Source: Pseudomonadota bacterium
Lineage (GTDB): Bacteria; Pseudomonadota; Alphaproteobacteria; Rhizobiales; Xanthobacteraceae
Direction of reading: 5' to 3'
Assembly: GCA_023388935.1 (NCBI GenBank)
Contig: JAEWFG010000235.1
Coordinates: 16,353-40,352, forward strand
Length of the DNA: 24,000 nucleotides
In this document: one piece after another, positions 1-11,285 of the stretch
Layout: each line of letters opens with the position of its first letter
Position numbering within the stretch: position 1 is the stretch's first letter
Position numbers and translations under genes: made by a program
Notes under the pieces: generated by a model
Told to the model about the DNA's origin: nothing
Database searches by the model: none
Seen by the model: only the letters and a program-made list of their open reading frames with translations

Positions 1-1635
1 ATCACCGCGACCTTCGGGTTAGAGACCGAAGAGCCCGATGTCGTGAAATTCTCGGTCGAGGGCATCGAGGCCGGCCAGACCACTTACGGCCATCGCTTCC
101 TCGCGCCGTCAGCGATTCCCGTGCGGCGCTTCGAGGACTACGAAGCGAAGCTGCTCGCCGCGAAGGTCGTGCTCGACCCCGAGCGCCGCAAGGACGCGAT
201 CATCACCGACGCCAAGCAGCTTGCGTTCGCGCAAGGCTTTGACCTGGTCGAGGACCAGAACCTGCTCGACGAGGTCGCGGGCCTCGTCGAATGGCCGGTC
301 GTGCTGATGGGTTCGTTCGACCAGGAATTCTTGGCGACGCCTGCGGAAGTCATCCGCGCCACCATCCGCAACAACCAGAAGTGCTTTGTCGTCAGCGATC
401 CCAAAACAGGGAAGCTCGCCAACAAGTTCATCCTGGTCGCCAACATCGAGGCGACCGACGGCGGCAAGACCATCATCGCCGGCAACGAGCGCGTGATCCG
501 CGCGCGGCTGAGCGACGCGAAGTTCTTCTACGAGACGGACCTCAAGACGAGGCTCGAGGACCGTCTGCCGAAGTTCGATCAGATCGTGTTTCACGAGAAA
601 CTCGGTACACAGGCCGAGCGGATTGAGCGTATCGAACGGCTCGCCGCCGAGATCGCGCCGCTCGTCGGCGCCGATGTCGCCAAGGCCAAGCGCGCCGCGC
701 ACCTCGCCAAGGCGGATTTGCTGACCGAAGTCGTCGGCGAATTCCCGGAGGTGCAGGGCCTGATGGGCAAGTACTACGCGCTGGCGCAGGGCGAGGACGC
801 TTCCGTCGCCGCCGCCTGCGAGGAGCACTACAAGCCGCAGGGCCCTGCCGATCGCGTGCCGACCGATCCGGTCAGCGTGGCAGTGGCGCTCGCGGACAAG
901 CTCGATACGCTCGTCGGCTTCTGGGCGATCGACGAGAAACCAACGGGAAGCAAGGACCCGTATGCGCTCCGGCGGGCTGCACTGGGTGTGATCAGGCTGA
1001 TCGCCGAAAATGCGCTTCGGTTGTCGCTGATGAAGGCGGCTGAGTCTGCAATCGCAGGATTGCGGGAAATTGGTACGCCACAGGCACTCATTGACCCTGA
1101 TAAAGTTCCGAGCGACCTTCTCGCCTTCTTCGCCGACCGCCTCAAGGTGCAGCTTCGCGAGCAGGGCGCGCGTCACGATCTCGTCGATGCCGTGTTCGCG
1201 CTCGGCGGCCAGGACGACCTCCTGATGATCGTCCGCCGCGTCGACGCGCTCGGCAAGTTCCTCGATAGCGATGACGGCAAGAATTTGCTCGCCGGCACCA
1301 AGCGCGCCAGCAACATCCTCTCGATTGAAGAAAAGAAGGACAAGCGCACGTTCGACGGTGCGCCGGACGCTGCGCTCTACAGCCTCGGCGAGGAGAAGGC
1401 GCTGGCGAAGGCGATCGGCGAGGTGAAGGCGGAAGCAAGCGCTGCTGTCGCTAGGGAAGACTTTGCTGCCGCAATGAGCGCGATGGCGAAGTTGCGCCCG
1501 CCGGTCGATGCGTTCTTCGACAAGGTTCGCGTCAACGACGACGATGCGAAGGTGCGTGAGAACCGACTGAAGCTGCTGAATGAAATCCGCAGCGCGACGC
1601 GTGCTGTGGCGGATTTTTCGAAGATCCAGGATTGA
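1..1635 (+). CDS. glyS: Glycine--tRNA ligase beta subunit, 3' part (gene starts left of window)
   Basis: Frame is open from base 1 ([34 protein letters not shown]...); contains [90 protein letters not shown], all typical of GlyS. Stop at 1635. Confidence 0.97.
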   Translation: MTATFGLETEEPDVVKFSVEGIEAGQTTYGHRFLAPSAIPVRRFEDYEAKLLAAKVVLDPERRKDAIITDAKQLAFAQGFDLVEDQNLLDEVAGLVEWPVVLMGSFDQEFLATPAEVIRATIRNNQKCFVVSDPKTGKLANKFILVANIEATDGGKTIIAGNERVIRARLSDAKFFYETDLKTRLEDRLPKFDQIVFHEKLGTQAERIERIERLAAEIAPLVGADVAKAKRAAHLAKADLLTEVVGEFPEVQGLMGKYYALAQGEDASVAAACEEHYKPQGPADRVPTDPVSVAVALADKLDTLVGFWAIDEKPTGSKDPYALRRAALGVIRLIAENALRLSLMKAAESAIAGLREIGTPQALIDPDKVPSDLLAFFADRLKVQLREQGARHDLVDAVFALGGQDDLLMIVRRVDALGKFLDSDDGKNLLAGTKRASNILSIEEKKDKRTFDGAPDAALYSLGEEKALAKAIGEVKAEASAAVAREDFAAAMSAMAKLRPPVDAFFDKVRVNDDDAKVRENRLKLLNEIRSATRAVADFSKIQD

Positions 1636-1643
1636 GCTCTCGT

Positions 1644-1749
1644 GCCCCGGACGCAGCGCAGCGCTTCTTCAGCGGTGCGCTGCAGAGCCGGGGCCCATGT
1701 CAGCCGCATAAGATTCTGGGTCCCGGGTCGCGCTTCGCTTGCCCGGGAC
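1644..1749. repeat. Intergenic palindromic element, two GC-rich hairpins, resembling dispersed rhizobial repeats
   Basis: GCCCCGG(A)CGCAGCGC ... GCGCTGCAGAGCCGGGGC (about 1644-1694) followed by GTCCCGGG-N14-CCCGGGAC (1720-1749). Confidence 0.6.
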
Positions 1750-1874
1750 ACGAAAGCACACGAGCGCAAAAAAGCCCCACCCGGTGGGGGGAGACCGGGC
1801 AGGGCCTGATGTCCGATTTAACGCTGCTCGCATCAGCCTGATGTGGCGCGCCGGACATCGAGTTGAACGCGTGG

Positions 1875-2228
1875 CTAGTCCATCACCTCGACGATGCGCC
1901 GCGAGCGCGGCTCGACCAGCACGGTCTCGCCGTTCACGACGGTGTAGCGATACGTCGTCGCGCCGAAACGTTGCGGCACGTCATAATAAGTGATGCCGCT
2001 TTCGGGTAACGTGGTGCCGACCACGACTCGATCCGGAATGCTGAACGCAGGCACACGTTGTTCAACGACATACTCGCGGAAAGCCGGGCGCTGTTCGATC
2101 GCGATGGTCGGACCGCCATCGATCACGACGGGCGCGCGTCCCACCGTGATTCCGGTTTGCGCCTGCGCCGCGACGGGCGAGCCGATCGCGGCCGCGAGCG
2201 CTGCAAGTGCAAGAATCCTGTTCCGCAT
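1875..2228 (-). CDS. DUF1236-type secreted protein
   Basis: MRNRILALAALAAAIGSPVAAQAQ signal peptide, then FREYVVEQRVPAFSIPDRVVVGTTLPESGITYYDVPQRFGATTYRYTVVNGETVLVEPRSRRIVEVMD, a DUF1236-like repeat. Start chosen at the signal peptide Met, shorter than the ORF track. Confidence 0.8.
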   Translation of the reverse strand: MRNRILALAALAAAIGSPVAAQAQTGITVGRAPVVIDGGPTIAIEQRPAFREYVVEQRVPAFSIPDRVVVGTTLPESGITYYDVPQRFGATTYRYTVVNGETVLVEPRSRRIVEVMD

Positions 2229-2449
2229 GGACAACTCCTTCGACGTGATTTCGGAAACGCCAGTGGCGCGACCGGTTGCCAATGCATGCGTGCTGGCAAT
2301 GTTCCGGGAAAAGCCCCGCCGCATTCGCGGCAATTTCGCGCAGTTTTCGCGAAGGCGGGAACTCGTACGCGGCTTGCGCGTCTCTACCCGCGGAACGCGG
2401 TCCGCTATGATCCGGCCGCGATTCGCATCACCCCACAGAAAGACAATCC

Positions 2450-2605
2450 ATGCACATCACTGTCGCCCACATTTCGCCGATTCTGTCGTTGATTGCGGGT
2501 GTGCTCATCCTGATCATGCCACGACTCCTCAATCTGATCGTCGCGATCTTCCTCATCATCAACGGCGCGATCGGGCTTGGACTCCTGAAGTGGCTCCACC
2601 TATAG
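2450..2605 (+). CDS. Small membrane protein, DUF3096-like (51 aa)
   Basis: ORF read directly: MHITVAHISPILSLIAGVLILIMPRLLNLIVAIFLIINGAIGLGLLKWLHL; two hydrophobic helices. Below the ORF track length cutoff. Confidence 0.75.
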   Translation: MHITVAHISPILSLIAGVLILIMPRLLNLIVAIFLIINGAIGLGLLKWLHL

Positions 2606-2707
2606 CTCCAGGGGGGCATTTTCCGGAACAGTTCGACTTGCGCGGGCCCGCCCAAAATGGTGTAAGGCCCGCGATTTCCCCTTCCTCTCGCAGGTTGTGT
2701 GCAAGCT

Positions 2708-5620
2708 ATGGCCAAAGCCGCCTCGAAGCCTAAGAAAATGCAAGCGAAATCAAAAGCCTCCGCCGGGACGAAAGCCCCGCCGGCGGCCCGCAAAACGGTC
2801 GCCAAGAGCGCTCCGAAGCCGGTCGCCAAGCCGGCTGTGAAGCCCGCTGCGAAGGCTGCGACCAAGCCGGTTGCGCCAAAGGTTGCCGCCAAGGTCGCTG
2901 CGAAGCCTGCTCCGGGCAAGGCCGCACCAAGCGTGGCCAAGGCCGGCAAGTGGGTCTTCACGTTCGGTGATGGCAAGGCTGAAGGCCGGACGGAGATGCG
3001 CGACCTGCTCGGCGGCAAGGGCGCCAACCTCGCCGAGATGGCCAATCTCGGCCTGCCGGTGCCTCCGGGCTTCACCATCCCGACCTCGGTCTGCACCTAC
3101 TTCTACGCACACGACAAGTCCTATCCCAAGGAGCTTCAGTCGCAGGTTGAGAAGGCGCTGGACCATGTCGGCAAGTTGACCGGCAAGGTGTTCGGCGACA
3201 CCAGGAACCCCCTGCTCGTGTCCGTGCGCTCCGGCGCGCGCGCCTCGATGCCGGGCATGATGGACACCGTGCTCAATCTCGGTCTGAACGACGAGACCGT
3301 GGAAGCGCTCTCGGAACTGTCGGGCGACCGTCGCTTCGCCTATGACAGTTATCGCCGCTTCATCACCATGTATTCGGACGTGGTGCTCGGCTTCGAGCAT
3401 CATCACTTCGAGGAAATTCTCGACACCTTCAAGGACAGCCAGGGCTACACCCTCGACACCGATCTGTCCGCCGAGGACTGGGTCGAACTGGTCGGCAAGT
3501 ACAAGGATGCGGTCGCGCGCGAGACGGGCAAGGATTTCCCGCAGGATCCGCACGACCAGCTCTGGGGCGCGATTGGCGCAGTGTTTTCATCCTGGATGAA
3601 CGCGCGCGCGGTGACCTACCGCAAGCTGCACGACATTCCCGAATCCTGGGGCACCGCGGTCAACGTGCAGGCCATGGTGTTCGGCAACATGGGCGAGACG
3701 TCGGCGACCGGCGTCGCCTTCACCCGCAACCCCTCGACCGGCGAGAGCAAGCTCTACGGCGAGTTCCTGATCAACGCGCAAGGCGAGGACGTGGTGGCGG
3801 GCATCCGCACGCCGCAGGACATCACCGAGGAGGCGCGGAAGGAATCGGGCTCCGACAAGGCCTCGATGGAATCGGCGATGCCGGAGGCCTTCAAGGAACT
3901 GACGCGGATCTACACGCTGCTCGAGAAGCACTACCGCGACATGCAGGACATGGAGTTCACGGTCGAGCAGGGTAAGCTCTGGATGCTCCAGACCCGCGGC
4001 GGCAAGCGCACTGCGAAAGCGGCGCTGCGCATCGCGGTCGAGCTTGCCAACGAAGGTCTGATCTCGAAGAAGGAAGCGGTGACGCGGATCGATCCGGCGT
4101 CGCTCGACCAGCTCCTGCATCCGACCATCGATCCCGACGCCAAGCGCGACGTGATCGCGACCGGCCTGCCGGCCTCGCCCGGTGCAGCCTCCGGCGAGAT
4201 CGTGTTCTCCTCGGATGAAGCGGCCAAGCTTCAGGCCGACGGCCGTAAGGTGATTCTGGTCCGCATCGAGACCAGCCCCGAAGACATCCACGGCATGCAT
4301 GCCGCTGAAGGCATCTTGACCACGCGCGGCGGCATGACTTCGCATGCTGCGGTGGTTGCGCGCGGCATGGGCAAGCCCTGCGTCTCCGGCTGCGGCACCA
4401 TCCGCGTCGACTACGGCCGCGGCACCATGAGCATCGGCTCGCGCACCTTCAAGACCGGCGACGTCATCACCATCGACGGCTCGCTCGGCCAGGTGCTCGC
4501 CGGCCGCATGCCGATGATCGAGCCGGAGCTCTCCGGCGAGTTCGGCACGCTGATGAACTGGGCCGACCAGGTCCGCAAGATCGGCGTGCGCGTCAATGCC
4601 GACACGCCGGACGATGCGCGCACCGCGCTCAAGTTCGGCGCGGAGGGCATCGGCCTCTGCCGTACCGAGCACATGTTCTTCGAGGAGACGCGCATCCGCA
4701 CGGTGCGCGAGATGATCCTCTCCGAGGACGAGCAGGCGCGCCGCGCCGCGCTCGCCAAGCTGCTGCCGATGCAGCGCGCCGACTTCGTCGAGTTGTTCGA
4801 GATCATGAAGGGGCTTCCCGTCACGATCCGCCTGCTCGATCCGCCGCTCCACGAATTCCTGCCGCACACCCATGCCGAGGTCGAGGAAGTGGCGCGCGCC
4901 ATGAACACCGATCCGCGGCGCCTGGCCGACCGCGCGCGCGAGCTCTCGGAGTTCAATCCGATGCTCGGCTTCCGTGGCTGCCGTATCGCGATCGCATATC
5001 CCGAGATCGCCGAGATGCAGGCGCGCGCGATCTTCGAGGCGGCCGTCGAGGCGCAGCGGCGCACCGGCAAGGCCGTCGGCCTCGAGGTGATGGTGCCGTT
5101 GATCGCGACCAAGGCCGAGCTCGATCTCGTCAAGGCGCGGATCGATGCGACCGCGCAGGCCGTCATGCGGGACACCAACACCAAGCTCGCCTATCAGGTC
5201 GGTACCATGATCGAGCTGCCGCGGGCCTGCCTGCTCGCGGGAGAGATCGCCGAGAGCGCCGAGTTCTTCTCCTTCGGCACCAACGACCTCACCCAGACGA
5301 CCTATGGCATCAGCCGCGACGATGCGGCGAGCTTCCTCGGTCCCTACGTGACCAAGGGCATCCTCGCGGTCGATCCCTTCATCTCGCTCGACCAGGAGGG
5401 GGTCGGCGAGCTGATCAAGATCGGCGTCGCGCGCGGTCGCAAGACGCGCGCCTCGCTCAAGATGGGGATCTGCGGCGAGCACGGCGGCGATCCTGCGTCC
5501 GTCGCCTTCTGCAACGCGGTCGGCCTCGACTACGTCTCCTGCTCGCCCTACCGCGTGCCAATCGCCCGTCTTGCGGCAGCGCAGGCCGCGCTCGGCAAAG
5601 CGGCCGCGAGCCAGGCGTAA
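2708..5620 (+). CDS. ppdK: Pyruvate, phosphate dikinase
   Basis: GKWVFTFGDGKAEGRTEMRDLLGGKGANLAEMANLGLPVPPGFTIPTSVC, TRGGMTSHAAVVARGMGKPCVSG, MCGEHGGDPASVAFCNAVGLDYVSCSPYRVPIARLAAAQA. Start 2708 or 2699 possible. Confidence 0.97.
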   Translation: MAKAASKPKKMQAKSKASAGTKAPPAARKTVAKSAPKPVAKPAVKPAAKAATKPVAPKVAAKVAAKPAPGKAAPSVAKAGKWVFTFGDGKAEGRTEMRDLLGGKGANLAEMANLGLPVPPGFTIPTSVCTYFYAHDKSYPKELQSQVEKALDHVGKLTGKVFGDTRNPLLVSVRSGARASMPGMMDTVLNLGLNDETVEALSELSGDRRFAYDSYRRFITMYSDVVLGFEHHHFEEILDTFKDSQGYTLDTDLSAEDWVELVGKYKDAVARETGKDFPQDPHDQLWGAIGAVFSSWMNARAVTYRKLHDIPESWGTAVNVQAMVFGNMGETSATGVAFTRNPSTGESKLYGEFLINAQGEDVVAGIRTPQDITEEARKESGSDKASMESAMPEAFKELTRIYTLLEKHYRDMQDMEFTVEQGKLWMLQTRGGKRTAKAALRIAVELANEGLISKKEAVTRIDPASLDQLLHPTIDPDAKRDVIATGLPASPGAASGEIVFSSDEAAKLQADGRKVILVRIETSPEDIHGMHAAEGILTTRGGMTSHAAVVARGMGKPCVSGCGTIRVDYGRGTMSIGSRTFKTGDVITIDGSLGQVLAGRMPMIEPELSGEFGTLMNWADQVRKIGVRVNADTPDDARTALKFGAEGIGLCRTEHMFFEETRIRTVREMILSEDEQARRAALAKLLPMQRADFVELFEIMKGLPVTIRLLDPPLHEFLPHTHAEVEEVARAMNTDPRRLADRARELSEFNPMLGFRGCRIAIAYPEIAEMQARAIFEAAVEAQRRTGKAVGLEVMVPLIATKAELDLVKARIDATAQAVMRDTNTKLAYQVGTMIELPRACLLAGEIAESAEFFSFGTNDLTQTTYGISRDDAASFLGPYVTKGILAVDPFISLDQEGVGELIKIGVARGRKTRASLKMGICGEHGGDPASVAFCNAVGLDYVSCSPYRVPIARLAAAQAALGKAAASQA

Positions 5621-5974
5621 GCGAAGAGTCGAAATGCTGGATGCGAGAGAGGGGGGCCAAACCCGCCTCTTTCGTCTTGGGCGACACCGTCTCCACATCG
5701 TCATTGCAATGACGGCGGAAGGAACCGCGCGTGTCCCGTAATGAGACGCGCCGTCAAGAGTTCCTTCACCATTCGCGTTGACCGAATGTTTACCGCTTCA
5801 CGTGAGGAGGCATTTACCAGCTCGCGCGATCACTTCGTGAAGGCACCTGTGTTCGCTTGAGTGTGCCGTGCGCGCAACGGCGATTAACGCCCCGGCAACC
5901 TAAATCGGATACTTACGACAAAGATCGAATTGCACGGATGTGCCGACTTCGATCAGACGAGCGTGAGCGTATCG

Positions 5975-7429
5975 ATGTTTGTGTTGCGTAACCATCCGAA
6001 GGGCGTGCGGTTCGCGTCCTTCGGAATCGGTCTCTGCATCTTCGCATTGATGCCGAGAGAGACCGGTTATCAGGACATTGCCTCTCTGCTGGCGCGTCAG
6101 CCCGGCGTCGCCGAACGTTGGCAGAAGCAGGTGTTTTCTGCGGCGTCCTCGATTCAGCTCGCCACCTACAGTTTCTCCCGGCCGATCGGAACTTCGGTTC
6201 CGCAGAGCGCGATGGTTCGCCTCGCAAGCCTCGATGGCCGCGACGTCACCGGCGCGATCAGCCGCAATCCGGCACTCCAGGCGCCGCCGCGCTACCAGGC
6301 CGCCGATTTTCCCAAGGTCGATCGCGCTCTGAAGGGCGATCGCCTCGCCATTGTTGCGCCCACGCAGGCTCCCGCGACGGCCGCACCGACCACGGCTCCG
6401 GCGCAGGAGGATCCTGCGACGTCGAACAGCTCGGTGTTCGGCGCCAAGACCGTCGCCTTGCCGCAGGCGATGTCGCCGGAGTCCGCGGCTACTCTCGATC
6501 CGGAACTCGAGGAAGCACTGCGTGCGCCGCCGCTGGCGCAATATACCAACCCGCCGCAGGCCAGTGACGCCGCGCGCCCGCTTGCGATCGAGCCGCTCGA
6601 AGCGCTGAAGCAAGCGACCATTCCGGCTGCGCCGCCGCGCGATCCTTTCCGTGTGAAGACCTCGAACCTGTTCTTCGGCAGCTCCTCGCTCGGCGGCAGT
6701 CCCGAGAGCATCGAGAGCTGGGAGCCCGGTGCTGAGCCGCTGATCGTGATGCCTGATCCCGACATGAAGGTGACGGCCTCGCTGTCGCCACCGTCGGAGG
6801 ACGTTGCCAAGGACATCGAAAGCGGCGAGAGCGTCGCGCCGAAGGGCGAGGTCAACGCCGACAATCAGCGCGGCAAATCACCCGCGGAGCGGCTTGCGCT
6901 CGACGACAAGTCGCGTGCGAAGTCTGAAAAGTGTCTTGCCGAAGCCGTCTACTTCGAATCGCGCGGCGAGGCCGTGCGCGGGCAGATGGCGGTTGCGCAG
7001 GTGGTGATGAACCGCGTGTTCTCCGGCAAATATCCGGACACTGTGTGCGGCGTGGTCTACCAGAACAAGTATCGTCACCTGGCCTGCCAGTTCACCTTCG
7101 CCTGCGACAATAATCCCGACGTGATCCGCGAGCCCGAGATGTGGGAACGCGCGAAAAAGATCTCGAAGGCCATGCTCGACGGCCAGATCTGGCTGCCCGA
7201 AGTCGGCAAGTCCACGCACTATCACGCCTATTGGGTGCGTCCGTCCTGGGTCGCCGAGATGAAGAAGATGTACAAGTTCGGCGTGCACACCTTCTACCGG
7301 CCGCGCGCCTGGGGCGACGGCAGCGAGGAACCGAGCTGGGGCACGCCGGCGCAGACCGCCGCACTCTCTGCCGAACTTATCCAGGAAGCGAAGAGCTCCG
7401 CCGAGATGGGTGTGAGCGAGCGGCGGTAG
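5975..7429 (+). CDS. Cell wall hydrolase, SleB / Hydrolase_2 type
   Basis: C-terminal domain LAEAVYFESRGEAVRGQMAVAQVVMNRVFSGKYPDTVCGVVYQNKYRHLACQFTFACD...WERAKKISKAML...THYHAYWVRPSW. Start placed at MFVLRNHPKG within the longer ORF 5930..7429. Confidence 0.85.
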   Translation: MFVLRNHPKGVRFASFGIGLCIFALMPRETGYQDIASLLARQPGVAERWQKQVFSAASSIQLATYSFSRPIGTSVPQSAMVRLASLDGRDVTGAISRNPALQAPPRYQAADFPKVDRALKGDRLAIVAPTQAPATAAPTTAPAQEDPATSNSSVFGAKTVALPQAMSPESAATLDPELEEALRAPPLAQYTNPPQASDAARPLAIEPLEALKQATIPAAPPRDPFRVKTSNLFFGSSSLGGSPESIESWEPGAEPLIVMPDPDMKVTASLSPPSEDVAKDIESGESVAPKGEVNADNQRGKSPAERLALDDKSRAKSEKCLAEAVYFESRGEAVRGQMAVAQVVMNRVFSGKYPDTVCGVVYQNKYRHLACQFTFACDNNPDVIREPEMWERAKKISKAMLDGQIWLPEVGKSTHYHAYWVRPSWVAEMKKMYKFGVHTFYRPRAWGDGSEEPSWGTPAQTAALSAELIQEAKSSAEMGVSERR

Positions 7430-7440
7430 TGCGCTCGCGG

Positions 7441-7558
7441 CTCATCCTTCGAGACGCCCGCCAATGCGGGCTCCTCAGGATGAGGTCTCGTTTCGCGGCG
7501 AGATCCCCGACCCTCATGGTGAGGAGCGCCGCCTTGCCGCGCGTCTCGAACCATGAGG
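7441..7558. repeat. Intergenic palindromic repeat pair, resembling dispersed rhizobial repeats
   Basis: CTCATCCTTCGAGACG...CTCCTCAGGATGAG (7441-7485) and CCTCATGGT...ACCATGAGG (7512-7558). Confidence 0.55.
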
Positions 7559-7575
7559 CCGAGCATGTTCGCAGT

Positions 7576-8454
7576 TCACGCCTCGATATCGAGCGCGCAG
7601 TCGAAGTTTGGCGCCGAATGAGTCAGCGCGCCGGATGAGACGTAGTCGACGCCAGTTGCCGCGATCGCTGCGATCGACTCCAGCGTGACGCCGCCGGACG
7701 CTTCCAGGGCGACACGGCCTTCGGCGAGCCGCACCGCCTCGCGCAGCCTTGCAAGGTCCATGTTGTCGAGCAGCACGGCGTCAGCCATTCCGCTGTCCAG
7801 GACTTCGCGTAGTTGCGCCAGCGTATCCACCTCGATCTCGATCTTGACGAGATGGCCGGCATGGGCGCGGGCGCGCTCCAGCACGGGGCGGATGCCGCCG
7901 GCGACCGCGATATGGTTGTCCTTGATCAGGATCGCATCATCGAGGCCGAAACGGTGGTTGAAGCCACCGCCGCAGCGCACCGCGTATTTCTCCAGCGCCC
8001 GCAATCCCGGCGTGGTCTTTCGCGTGCAGCAGATGCGCATCCTGGTGCCTTCGGTGCGCGCGACATGGTCCGCCGTCAGCGTCGCGACGCCTGACAGGCG
8101 GCCGACGAAGTTGAGGGCGGTTCGCTCCGCCGTGAGAATGGCGCGGGCCGGGCCGGAGATCGTCAGCACGTGCTGGCCGCGGGCAACGTGCGCGGCGTCG
8201 CGGACATGGGCGCGCACCTCGATGTCGGATGAGAGCTTCTGCAGGGTCGCGAGCGCGAGCGGTAATCCGGCGATCACCCCGGACTGGCGCGCGACGAGGA
8301 TCGCTTGCGCCTTTGTCGCCTCCGGGATCGTCGCCAGCGAGGTGATGTCGCCGGCGCGGCCGAGATCCTCGTCGAGCGCGCGATGCACGGCCTCGTCGAT
8401 CGCAAGCGGCGAGAGGAAGGCGTCGGGATTGAGCAGTGAGGTCGGGGTGATCAT
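7576..8454 (-). CDS. nadC: Nicotinate-nucleotide pyrophosphorylase (quinolinate phosphoribosyltransferase)
   Basis: [109 protein letters not shown]. Confidence 0.97.
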   Translation of the reverse strand: MITPTSLLNPDAFLSPLAIDEAVHRALDEDLGRAGDITSLATIPEATKAQAILVARQSGVIAGLPLALATLQKLSSDIEVRAHVRDAAHVARGQHVLTISGPARAILTAERTALNFVGRLSGVATLTADHVARTEGTRMRICCTRKTTPGLRALEKYAVRCGGGFNHRFGLDDAILIKDNHIAVAGGIRPVLERARAHAGHLVKIEIEVDTLAQLREVLDSGMADAVLLDNMDLARLREAVRLAEGRVALEASGGVTLESIAAIAATGVDYVSSGALTHSAPNFDCALDIEA

Positions 8455-8464
8455 GGGGCTTCCT

Positions 8465-10072
8465 TCAGGCGATCATGGATTGCGCAATGCGCGGCAGTGG
8501 ACGGTCGCTCAAGCGTTCCGCGACTTCGCGCGCCGCGGCGAGTGTGGTCATCGTTCGCCGCGCCAGCGTGGGCACATCGGCCGGATGGTCGGAGCGGAAA
8601 TGCGCGCCGCGGCTCTCGCGCCGCGTCAAGGCCGCAGCGGCGACGAGCAGGGCTGACGTCGCCATGTTGCGGACCACGATGCTTGTTGCTTCGCGCTCGA
8701 TCGCGGCGAAGCTGCGCACGGCCTGCGCAAGTCCGTCACCGTCGCGGATCACGCCGACATGCGCGCTCATCGTCGCGCGCAGCCGCGCCGCGGCCGCAGC
8801 ATCCGGTGCATCGCCCATTGTCCTCACTAGCGCGTCGGGCAGACGGGCAGGCGAGGGGATCGCGCGGCCGGCGATGTCGTCGGCGATGCGCGCGGCGTAG
8901 ACCACCGCCTCCAGCAGCGAATTGGAGGCGAGCCGGTTGGCGCCATGCGCGCCGGTGGACGACACTTCGCCACCGGCCCAGAGCCCGTCGATCGAGCTGC
9001 GGCCGCGACCGTCGACTGCGACGCCGCCCATGTGGTAGTGCGCGGCGGGCGAGATCGGGATGGCCTGCGTGGCGGGATCGATGCCGGCGGCGATACAGCT
9101 CGCATGCACCGTCGGAAATTTTTCGGCAAAGCGCGCGCCCAGCGCCTCGCGCGCATCGAGGAACGCGCCGCGTCCGGCCGCGATCTCGGCGAACACGCCG
9201 CGGGCGACGATGTCGCGCGGCGCGAGCTCGGCGAGCGGGTGGCGCGCGAGCATGAAGCGTTCGCCACGACCGTTGATCAGCGTCGCGCCTTCGCCGCGCA
9301 GAGCCTCGGTCGCGAGCGGTGCCGGATCGCGGCCGACCCTGATGGCTGTGGGGTGGAACTGCACGAATTCGGGGTCGGCAATCACGGCGCCGGCGCGCGC
9401 GGCGATTGCAAGGCCCGATCCGCTGGCCTCAAGCGGGTTGGTGGTGACGGCATAGAGATGGCCGATACCGCCGGTGGCGAGCACGACCGCGCGCGTGGCG
9501 AGCAGGATCGGCCGTACCGCCGCGTTGCCAGCCTCGCGCAATTGAAGACCGGTGACGGCGCCGTCCTCCGTCAAAAGCGCCTCGGCGGCGAAACCTTCGA
9601 TCAGGCGGATCGACGGTGTCCGGCGCACGGCTTCGACGAGCGCCGCGATGATCGCGGCTCCCGCGCCGTCGCCACACACATGCACGATGCGTCGCGCTGA
9701 ATGCGCAGCCTCGCGCCCGACTGCGAGCCTCCCCTCCAGGTCGCGGTCGAACGGCACGCCATAGGCGAGCAGATCGTGGATTCGCGGCGACGCCTCGCGC
9801 GCAATCCCTAGCGCGACCGCCTCATCGACGAGGCCGCCGCCAACGGCGATGGTGTCGGCGCCGTGCGCCTCGGGACTGTCGCCCTCGGCCACGGCCGCTG
9901 CGATGCCGCCTTGCGCCCATGCGGACGATGCACCCTGTCCGAGTGGCGCGACCGAGATCAGCGTCACAGGCCGCGGCGCGAGTTTGAGTGCGCAGAAGAG
10001 TCCGGCGAGGCCTCCGCCGACGATAACGACGTCGTCGCTGCCGCGAGTGAGGTTGTGGATGTTATCCTGCAT
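8465..10072 (-). CDS. nadB: L-aspartate oxidase
   Basis: [136 protein letters not shown]. Confidence 0.97.
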   Translation of the reverse strand: MQDNIHNLTRGSDDVVIVGGGLAGLFCALKLAPRPVTLISVAPLGQGASSAWAQGGIAAAVAEGDSPEAHGADTIAVGGGLVDEAVALGIAREASPRIHDLLAYGVPFDRDLEGRLAVGREAAHSARRIVHVCGDGAGAAIIAALVEAVRRTPSIRLIEGFAAEALLTEDGAVTGLQLREAGNAAVRPILLATRAVVLATGGIGHLYAVTTNPLEASGSGLAIAARAGAVIADPEFVQFHPTAIRVGRDPAPLATEALRGEGATLINGRGERFMLARHPLAELAPRDIVARGVFAEIAAGRGAFLDAREALGARFAEKFPTVHASCIAAGIDPATQAIPISPAAHYHMGGVAVDGRGRSSIDGLWAGGEVSSTGAHGANRLASNSLLEAVVYAARIADDIAGRAIPSPARLPDALVRTMGDAPDAAAAARLRATMSAHVGVIRDGDGLAQAVRSFAAIEREATSIVVRNMATSALLVAAAALTRRESRGAHFRSDHPADVPTLARRTMTTLAAAREVAERLSDRPLPRIAQSMIA

Positions 10073-10081
10073 ATTCTGCCC

Positions 10082-11188
10082 TCAATTCTTCAGATTGATC
10101 ATCCGTTCGACCGAGCGCCGTGCGCGCGTTGCAAGCGCGGGATCAATCGTGACCTCCTCGCGAAGCATCAGCAGGCTGTCCAAAATCTTGGCGAGCGTGA
10201 TGCGCTTCATGTGCGGGCAGAGATTGCAAGGACGCAGCATCTCCACATCCGGCAGCTCGGCGCGCACGTTGTCGGCCATTGAGCATTCCGTGATCATGAT
10301 GAGTCGCCGCGGCCGCTTCTCGCGCACCCAGTTGATCATGTGCGCGGTCGAGCCGGTGAAATCGGCTTCCGCCAGCACGTCAGGTGGACACTCCGGATGC
10401 GCAATGATCCGTACCGAGGGATCGGCCTCGCGACAGCCGCGCAGTTCTTCGCCGGTGAAGCGCTCGTGCACCTCGCAGGCACCCTCCCAGGCGATGATCT
10501 TCACATCGGTTTTCGACGCCACATAGGTCGCAAGATAGCGGTCGGGCAGGAAGATCACGCTTGGCGCATCCAGGCTCTCGACCACTTGCACCGCGTTGGA
10601 CGAGGTGCAGCAGATGTCGACCTCGGCCTTCACCTCCGCGGAGGTGTTGACGTAGGCGACGACGGGCACGCCGGGAAATTTTTCTCGGAGCAGCCGCACG
10701 TCGGCGCCCGTGATGCTGGCGGCAAGCGAACAGCCGGCGCGTGCGTCGGGGATCAGCACCGTCTTGTCCGGGTTGAGCAGTTTTGACGTTTCCGCCATGA
10801 AGTGGACGCCGCACTGGACAATGATGTCGGCCTTCACCTTGGTGGCTTCGACCGCGAGCTGGAGCGAGTCGCCGCCGATGTCGGCGACGCAGTGGAAGAT
10901 CTCCGGGGCCTGGTAGTTGTGTGCGAGGATCACCGCGCCCCGCGCCTGCTTCAGCTCGTTGATCGCCTTGATGGTGGGCGCCATCAGCGGCCACTCGATC
11001 GGCGGGATCACGTGCTTCACACGGTCATAAAGAGGCGCGGTCGCGCGTTCGACCTCCGGCGTCCATTCCAGCGCGGGCATCGGCAGCGCGGGTCCCCTTC
11101 GCGCCGGCGCGGCGCGGGGGAAGGTGGTGACCTGGCCCTGCGGCCGGTTGGCAAAGTCGTCGGGGCCGTAAATTCCAGTGATCGGCAT
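10082..11188 (-). CDS. nadA: Quinolinate synthase A
   Basis: [117 protein letters not shown]. Start placed at [11 protein letters not shown]. Confidence 0.96.
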   Translation of the reverse strand: MPITGIYGPDDFANRPQGQVTTFPRAAPARRGPALPMPALEWTPEVERATAPLYDRVKHVIPPIEWPLMAPTIKAINELKQARGAVILAHNYQAPEIFHCVADIGGDSLQLAVEATKVKADIIVQCGVHFMAETSKLLNPDKTVLIPDARAGCSLAASITGADVRLLREKFPGVPVVAYVNTSAEVKAEVDICCTSSNAVQVVESLDAPSVIFLPDRYLATYVASKTDVKIIAWEGACEVHERFTGEELRGCREADPSVRIIAHPECPPDVLAEADFTGSTAHMINWVREKRPRRLIMITECSMADNVRAELPDVEMLRPCNLCPHMKRITLAKILDSLLMLREEVTIDPALATRARRSVERMINLKN

Positions 11189-11211
11189 TGGAGCCTCCCG
11201 TGCATGATAAT

Positions 11212-11232
11212 TATACTCAATCTGAGCATATA
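11212..11232. promoter_or_regulatory. Candidate operator upstream of nadA (site 1)
   Basis: TATACTCAATCTGAGCATATA; core inverted repeat CTCA-N3-TGAG at 11216-11226, 24 nt upstream of the nadA start. Confidence 0.5.
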
Positions 11233-11285
11233 AGGAGCCTGAGAAATCCGGCCGAAAGGCCGGTGCGAATTTCATCGCGGCTTTA

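Noticed and set aside
109-1176. 355-aa minus-strand ORF
   Set aside because: Antisense to glyS; shadow ORF.
3587-5704. 705-aa minus-strand ORF
   Set aside because: Fully antisense to the confidently identified ppdK; Arg/His/Asp-rich composition typical of high-GC shadow ORFs.
8945-9700. 251-aa plus-strand ORF
   Set aside because: Antisense to nadB; composition consistent with a shadow ORF.
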